Origin: a candidate division WOR-3 bacterium
GTDB lineage: Bacteria > Hydrothermota > Tepidihabitantia > SM23-42 > CAYGYG01
Assembly: GCA_965648915.1 (NCBI GenBank)
Contig: CBFGIV010000001.1
Location: forward strand, 64,001-128,000
Direction: 5' to 3'
Length of the DNA: 64,000 nt
In this document: positions 59,201 to 64,000 of the stretch, in pieces
How the letters are laid out: every line of letters begins with the position of its first letter
Numbering within the stretch: the stretch's first letter is position 1
Position numbers and translations under genes: made by a program
Notes under the pieces: generated by a model
Told to the model about the DNA's origin: nothing
The model's database searches: none
The model's input: the letters and a program-made list of their open reading frames with translations, nothing else

Positions 59201-59795
59201 GGTTATCCGGGGTCAGATATTACCCAATCACAATCGTTCTTTCTTTCAACTCAATGTCCATGCGGTCTGGGCTGAGGGTAATTCACTGCCTGATCTTGGA
59301 GTATATCCTGACTCGCCCGGTTATAATTCTATCATCGATAGTTACATATATCATGTCTTTTATGATGATTCACCCGGTCTTCCGCTTATGGCCGAGATGA
59401 ACTGGTGGGGATCAGATCCACCCGATCCGGAGAAATTTGTGGGCAATGTTGAGTACGACCCATGGCTTACCGGATCTGGAGGTGGGGGCGGTCAATCAGT
59501 TCTTATTTCAGAGTTTGTCCGGACCAAATTCTACAAAGGTCATCCCAATCCTTTTAAGACCAGGATAACATTCAGATATGATCTCGGCAAAAAAAGCAAA
59601 GTGGCAATAAAAATTTACAACAGCCTGGGCCGATTGGTTAAAAACCTCGATCTCAGTGGAAAAGAGAAAGGTCATTATCAAGTCACCTGGAATGGTTTAG
59701 ATGAGAATGGTTTACCGGTGCCGAGCGGTGTATACTTCGGCACTCTTGAGACCGAAACATTGCATCAGACCCAAAAGATAGTTCTTACTCGATAA
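56295..59795 (+). CDS. Large secreted protein: BNR/VPS10-like propellers + right-handed beta-helix + FlgD/T9SS-like C-terminal domain
   Basis: Many STDGGxTW boxes; GDITVPSGITLTIQP..GDWYGI beta-helix; NWWG; HPNPF..IYNSLGRLVK..WNGLD..SGVYF. Confidence 0.82.
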   Translation: MTKVIKTSIILLASGSVLIGQPQMPYWDFSNGPFMARKITDFSIGYTLSNTPIIYAVNKDTALAKTTNEGLSWDILSNGPSSQYVRCVVTNRDNPDIVYKGVSGFTTNNGVLKSTNGGVSWVTKNNGLPSKLYPSRLGMFPTSPDYLLLGTDSRQPGTECLFRSTDGGNIWTSVNPIYPDILSVTDFSFNSNLISWVCLSVDWSSDLNHAYHGVWISTDYGLTWRHIGGPDNMPYSEATCVAIVSEDVIFAGFYSQIAPFRFLGGILRTTDAGQTWEIKHSFYNIPPTDIAIDPNNPLTVYMAVGSEMQSDVGMGVLRSTDGGETWFPYNSGLRDLFVHSLGINRNNPNRLYAGTMSGFYLRPGPEPDMWEERVNTLFRTSVGYIFPRQPAVLTFSEDNCIWNYQVTLQHPVQPWSTVNTFGFRTKAVDAQTGSSQAMLRGCLTAWYDPPDSIKKSIDGGYNWYGVWGDYFINTISYSPTHPERVYAGTGFIETTVPFLWYSYDGGENWGMRIRPWNFETNTIAMQYNNPDFIYLGDARGNYGVYYSPDAGNNVYAFNEGFPVEPPPKPPYPKISKLTIDPQNKYIYAATNIGLWRRDVSSGIQWMRIGESAIQQDSIVDIDVYPSEINILYCATKDLDGIGHIYTSPDYGSTWLETPIYWPLRGILDPGEVFDLASVPNIQDTVFGGTSKGAYYYVDNYISGTITENTTLGPGDYIVTGDITVPSGITLTIQPNTNLYFTPDFDRTGSGINPDKCELIVLGTLNAVATQTDSIRFLSLASLPQTGDWYGIRAEANSDVAIAYARIQDAYAGIECKTDNFSLNYCTITRNEVYGLRLENCNPFLIGGNNLTANKVYGIFAVNCGLNLTGNYIEQTSGYGIYLRGRSSCNFYDDPMPKCNLITGLDWPDNYGLYCYGSGIGAINDYGHSYIEHFGQAGICCMKFASPTIRDFWHIRENYIGLYCVNGSRPVIRGQILPNHNRSFFQLNVHAVWAEGNSLPDLGVYPDSPGYNSIIDSYIYHVFYDDSPGLPLMAEMNWWGSDPPDPEKFVGNVEYDPWLTGSGGGGGQSVLISEFVRTKFYKGHPNPFKTRITFRYDLGKKSKVAIKIYNSLGRLVKNLDLSGKEKGHYQVTWNGLDENGLPVPSGVYFGTLETETLHQTQKIVLTR

Positions 59796-59806
59796 GGAGG
59801 TCAAAA

Positions 59807-60340
59807 ATGAGAAAAATCTTTATCATTTCTTTTGTCCTTATTTCTGTAATATTTGGTGACAACATAATCATCTCACCGAGTCGCTGTGTGCTTATTAAAC
59901 CGCAAACACCGGATAGCATAAATAACAATCGTATTCTTGTTCTCTTCGATCTTCCGTTAAATCTTGCGAACAAACGAATTGACTATGCTGAATTCTCTTT
60001 TCCCACATTCACAAGAACCGACTCAATGATAACGATTGAGGCCTATTCAATAACAAAAGAGTGGGATGTTAGCACTGTCTCCTGGAATTTTCCGTGGCAA
60101 AAGCCGGGTGGTGACTATGATAGTCTTGAAGCGGCAAGATATTTCCTGAGATTACAGGATACAAAAAGGGTAAAGTTAGATGTCACTGAGATAGTAAAGC
60201 AATGGTTTTCGACTAACAACTACGGCTTAATCTTAAAACGGCCAAAAAGAGAAGGTGGCTCATTCAAGACCGAGATAAGGGCTTTACGGAGTGTTCTATC
60301 TGACATTATATTGAAGGTCTATGTGCCAAGCCTAAAATAG
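59807..60340 (+). CDS. Secreted DNRLRE-like domain protein
   Basis: Signal peptide; RILVLFDL, VSWNFPWQKPGGDY, LDVTEIVKQW..NYGLIL; SD AAGGAGG. Confidence 0.7.
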   Translation: MRKIFIISFVLISVIFGDNIIISPSRCVLIKPQTPDSINNNRILVLFDLPLNLANKRIDYAEFSFPTFTRTDSMITIEAYSITKEWDVSTVSWNFPWQKPGGDYDSLEAARYFLRLQDTKRVKLDVTEIVKQWFSTNNYGLILKRPKREGGSFKTEIRALRSVLSDIILKVYVPSLK

Positions 60341-60406
60341 CAGGATGTTCTCATGATTGTCAGGCAGAGATGGTTGCTAAAGATTAGATTACTTTTTTAG
60401 GATAGT

Positions 60407-63400
60407 ATGAGGCGCTATCAACTACTAAACAAACTCGGTCAGGGAGGAATGGGGGTGGTCTATAAAGCTGTTGAAAAGAAGACCGGTGCCCTCTGTGCCC
60501 TGAAGATTTTAAGCCCCGGAAAATCAAAAATTGGACGAGAGGAAGAGATATTAAGATTCAAAAAAGAGTTTCGGCTCCTCGCAACCCTCGAACACCCCAA
60601 TCTCATCAAGGTTTACAATTTTGGCATCAGTAACAATTACTATTACTTTACAATGGAGTATTTTGATGGCGGCAATATTCTGGACGCAACACAAAACTTA
60701 AGTTTGAGTCATATCTATCATCTGATTTATCAACTGGCATCAGCATTACAATATATCCATTCATTGAATATCCTGCACTTAGATATAAAACCGAATAACA
60801 TTTTAGTCAAAAATGGCCAGCGGCCGATATTGAAACTTCTTGATTTTGGTATTGCGGGAGAGGTTGGTGAGGTCAAAGAATTGAGGGGCACCATTCCTTA
60901 TATGGCGCCTGAATTTTTAACCGGGAAGGATGTGGACCATCGGGCCGATTTATATTCGATGGGTATCCTCCTCTATCAGTTGTTAACCAGAAGACTACCC
61001 TTTTCCGGACGAAATGTATCGACCGTGGTGAAAAAACATCTTTACGAGGATCCCAGACCACCGGTACATATCAATCATAGAATTCCTTCTGAGTTATCAG
61101 ATCTTGTTTTGAAACTGCTGGTTAAAGATCGGGAAAAGAGGATACAGAACTGCTTCGAGGTAATAAAGACGATTGCAGAAATTGCAAACTTTAAGCCCGC
61201 AGTCAGAGATCGATTTAAACTTCAATCAGCCGTTCCTTTCGTTGGACGGAAAAAGGAGTTACAGACCCTGACGGAAATCTTCACTCAGCCTGATTCAAGT
61301 ATCCGATGGGTGATAATCTCTGGTCCACCGGGTATTGGTAAGACACGCCTTGCCTCAGTCTTTCTTATCGAAGCAGAACTGGCCGGGGCCTTAACCATTA
61401 AAGTCGATGCCCCGGGGAAAACAATCGTCGATCTCGTTAATGGACTTCTGGATGAACTGAAGAAAAAAGGCGATGTGGCTATATCTGCGCTTGAAGAAAG
61501 ATATCTCACTAATCCTCCTCATTTTACTTTACCTGAAGCCCGGGCAGTATACTTCCATCGTCTGGCTGATTGGCTCAGCCAGGCTCAGATTCGGGGTCGG
61601 CGTCCCTGGGTTATTCTTGTCGAAGATGTCCAGGAGACCGAGTCTCCGGTCCTGGACCTTTTTGATTACCTCTCGAGAAATTTCTATCTCAACCGATCCC
61701 GGATTTTAATTCTCAGCACATTCCGGACTTCTGAAACCAGTGAGAGCAATCTGCCGAAATACTCCGAAGAAGAATACATCTCTCTCATCAATCTTTCTCC
61801 CCTTCTTCAGGAAGAGATTAGGCTATTGGTAACTACGGCCACTCGTCTCCCCGCGGTTGCCGAAAAGATAATCAAATTTTATAGCCCTGAGATTGCCGGT
61901 AATCCCCTTTTTTTGAAAGAGATTCTTGCCCAGTTGATTAAAAGTAAGACTTTCGCACCCGAGCGAATAAAAAAACCAAAAATTGTCGATGATTTCCTCT
62001 ATCAGCGTATCGATCGCCTACCCGAAGGGTCAAGAAAACTTTTAAATTGTGCCGCGATAATCGGTGCCAATTTTAATCTTACTCAATTGCGAGAACTGGG
62101 TGGTTTTAGCGAAACCGATTTTTTGAAATTGCTCAATCCGGTTTTAGAACAGGGGATATTCACTAAAGTGCGCACCGGGCAAAGTTATCATTACGCTTTT
62201 GCCCATTCTTATCTGCGCGAGCTCATTTACCATAGAATACCCCGGACTGAAGTAATTCGTCGGCACACCCGCTATGCTTATTATCTGGAGAAAAATTATA
62301 ACCGCGAGAAGAAAGAGATAATTGATAGTCTGGCCGACCATTTTTTAAGAAGCAATAACCGCATCAAGGCGATAAAATACGGGATAATGAGCGGTGAGAA
62401 CGGAATAAGGACTTATAACTATGAAAGGGCGGAAAGTATCTTTGCATCATTAATAAAAGAGAAGATCAGCCGGAAACAGTATCGGAAGATTATCGAAAAT
62501 CTTGCTGACATTTATACACTGCAGGGTAAGCTGAATCAGGCATTGCATTATTACCACAAGATGCTCCGGTTCTTTGAGAACGATAAGTCAAAGCGGGCGC
62601 ACATCTTAGAAAAGATTGGTGATATTTATGAAAGGCAGGGCATCTGGGATAAAGCCCTGGCTTTCCTCAAGCGCGCCTTTCAATTATTTGAGTCAAAAAA
62701 TGACTATAATAGTGAAGCGCGCATAGTGGGCAAGATTGGCTCAATCTTCACCCGCAAAGGTGAATATGAGAGGGGAATAAGATTGTGTAGCGAATTCTTG
62801 CAAAAATCATCAAAGAAAATCGGCGACGAGCCAATGGTTCATATCTATAATGCGCTTGGTGCCAACAGTCTCTATCTGGGTCGTTATCAGGAAGCAAGCA
62901 GATATTATCGTCAGGGGATTATCCTGGTCCGAAGGATAAATAATCTCCCGATGATGGGTAATCTTTTAAGTAACCTTGGTTTCTTACATAACCGCTGGGG
63001 AAATTTTGAAAAGACGAACAGGTATTATCTTGAAAGTTTAAGGCTCTGGCGTAAAATTGGCGATATTGCCGGGATGTCATCGGCTTTAAACAATTTAGGT
63101 GCGCTGGCAAGTCAAAGGGCGGATTTTGCATCGGCCCAACAGTATTTCAAACAGGCGCTGGAACTGAATCAACGTCTGGGCAACAAATCGCGAATGGCTT
63201 TGCTTCTTAACAATCTCGGTATTGTTGCCTGCGAAAGTCTTGACTACGAGGCCGGAATTGAGTATTTTAATAAAGCGGGTAATATCTGCCAGAAGATCGG
63301 GAATAAGTCAGTCCTGAGTATGGCTTTACAGAACCTGGGTAACAGTCTGGTAAATACCGGACGGTATTCAGTTGCGATAAAACACTTTAATGAAAGTCTT

Positions 63401-64000
63401 ATGATCAGGGAAGAGATTGGAGAGATGGCCGGTGCGATCCTCGCTCGGTGCGGACTGGGTGAGGCCTATCTTCAAACTGGAATTCTGTCCGATGCCGAAA
63501 GATACTTTACCGATGCACTCAAACAGGCAGAGCGGATGAAGATGAAGGTTATCGAAGGTAAGATCTATTCGGCTTTAGGCGAATTATACCGGATTCAGGG
63601 CAACAAGGATGAAGCATCGAAGTGTCTTGATCGGGCGATTGGAATTTTTACGGAACTGAGAAATATGCCTGAACTTATTAAGGCTTTATTAAATAAGTCT
63701 TTGCTTGAGCGAGTCTTTGACCACCGCTTGATCGAAATTAATGAAGCGATGATGACCAGAGAATTGCGGGCCCGGTATCAACTTGTTTTGGGACGGTGTC
63801 TGCTATATACTGATTCTATTTCCGGACCGATCAAAGCGATTGAATCTTTCACCCGGGCGCGGGAATTGATTGAAAAATCTCTGCTGGCGCCACTCAAAGA
63901 TGATATTTATTTCTACCTGGGAGAAGCCAACCGGATTTTGGAAAACTTTACTGATGCCCTTAAATTCTATGAAAAGTCAATTGCTATTCACGAAGAGATC
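60407..64000 (+). CDS. Ser/Thr protein kinase - P-loop ATPase - TPR multidomain protein, 3' end outside window
   Basis: Not in the ORF track because it has no stop in the window. MRRYQLLNKLGQGGMGVVYKA..ALK..E..HLDIKPNN..DFG..GTIPYMAPE; FVGR; Walker A GPPGIGKT; VILVED; GNPLF; many TPRs; same frame at 64000 (..KFYEKSIAIHEEI). Confidence 0.92.
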   Translation, partial: MRRYQLLNKLGQGGMGVVYKAVEKKTGALCALKILSPGKSKIGREEEILRFKKEFRLLATLEHPNLIKVYNFGISNNYYYFTMEYFDGGNILDATQNLSLSHIYHLIYQLASALQYIHSLNILHLDIKPNNILVKNGQRPILKLLDFGIAGEVGEVKELRGTIPYMAPEFLTGKDVDHRADLYSMGILLYQLLTRRLPFSGRNVSTVVKKHLYEDPRPPVHINHRIPSELSDLVLKLLVKDREKRIQNCFEVIKTIAEIANFKPAVRDRFKLQSAVPFVGRKKELQTLTEIFTQPDSSIRWVIISGPPGIGKTRLASVFLIEAELAGALTIKVDAPGKTIVDLVNGLLDELKKKGDVAISALEERYLTNPPHFTLPEARAVYFHRLADWLSQAQIRGRRPWVILVEDVQETESPVLDLFDYLSRNFYLNRSRILILSTFRTSETSESNLPKYSEEEYISLINLSPLLQEEIRLLVTTATRLPAVAEKIIKFYSPEIAGNPLFLKEILAQLIKSKTFAPERIKKPKIVDDFLYQRIDRLPEGSRKLLNCAAIIGANFNLTQLRELGGFSETDFLKLLNPVLEQGIFTKVRTGQSYHYAFAHSYLRELIYHRIPRTEVIRRHTRYAYYLEKNYNREKKEIIDSLADHFLRSNNRIKAIKYGIMSGENGIRTYNYERAESIFASLIKEKISRKQYRKIIENLADIYTLQGKLNQALHYYHKMLRFFENDKSKRAHILEKIGDIYERQGIWDKALAFLKRAFQLFESKNDYNSEARIVGKIGSIFTRKGEYERGIRLCSEFLQKSSKKIGDEPMVHIYNALGANSLYLGRYQEASRYYRQGIILVRRINNLPMMGNLLSNLGFLHNRWGNFEKTNRYYLESLRLWRKIGDIAGMSSALNNLGALASQRADFASAQQYFKQALELNQRLGNKSRMALLLNNLGIVACESLDYEAGIEYFNKAGNICQKIGNKSVLSMALQNLGNSLVNTGRYSVAIKHFNESLMIREEIGEMAGAILARCGLGEAYLQTGILSDAERYFTDALKQAERMKMKVIEGKIYSALGELYRIQGNKDEASKCLDRAIGIFTELRNMPELIKALLNKSLLERVFDHRLIEINEAMMTRELRARYQLVLGRCLLYTDSISGPIKAIESFTRARELIEKSLLAPLKDDIYFYLGEANRILENFTDALKFYEKSIAIHEEI

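Noticed and set aside
60873..63131. Short ORFs listed by the track in 60.8-63.1 kb
   Set aside because: All lie within the long kinase-ATPase-TPR frame starting at 60407

Overview
A gene-dense 64 kb chromosomal segment of an anaerobic diderm bacterium. It has lptD and several secreted proteins with T9SS/FlgD-like C-terminal domains; the gene style is reminiscent of WOR-3/FCB-related lineages, which is an unverified inference. Bases 1-21.5 kb are an energy-conservation island with embedded two-component genes and a sigma54 promoter. It contains hdrC-hdrB, then a large two-FAD HdrA that is split into two genes. A complete nuoE / nuoF-gltD / nuoG(N) (HydCBA-like) cassette is inserted in frame inside the HdrA ferredoxin insertion, and mvhD follows. 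Next come a second HydABC-like trimer whose Fdh-like subunit is catalytically eroded, and nfnAB. No hydrogenase or intact formate dehydrogenase catalytic subunit is present. The rest is housekeeping and accessory: PLP enzyme, rtcA, two methyltransferases, argF, tRNA-Glu, nadE, tldDE, lptD, cdd, deoB, crt, CoA-transferase, ald-like, asnA, secreted propeller proteins, and a large Ser/Thr kinase-ATPase-TPR gene (60407 to window end) absent from the ORF track. Non-coding signals include about 17 sigma70-type promoters that all show a 16-bp spacer, several apparently leaderless genes, a candidate structured ncRNA, an ArsR-like gene remnant bracketed by 34-bp inverted palindromic sites, and REP-like or short tandem repeats. 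All calls come from motif reading by eye; no database searches were run.
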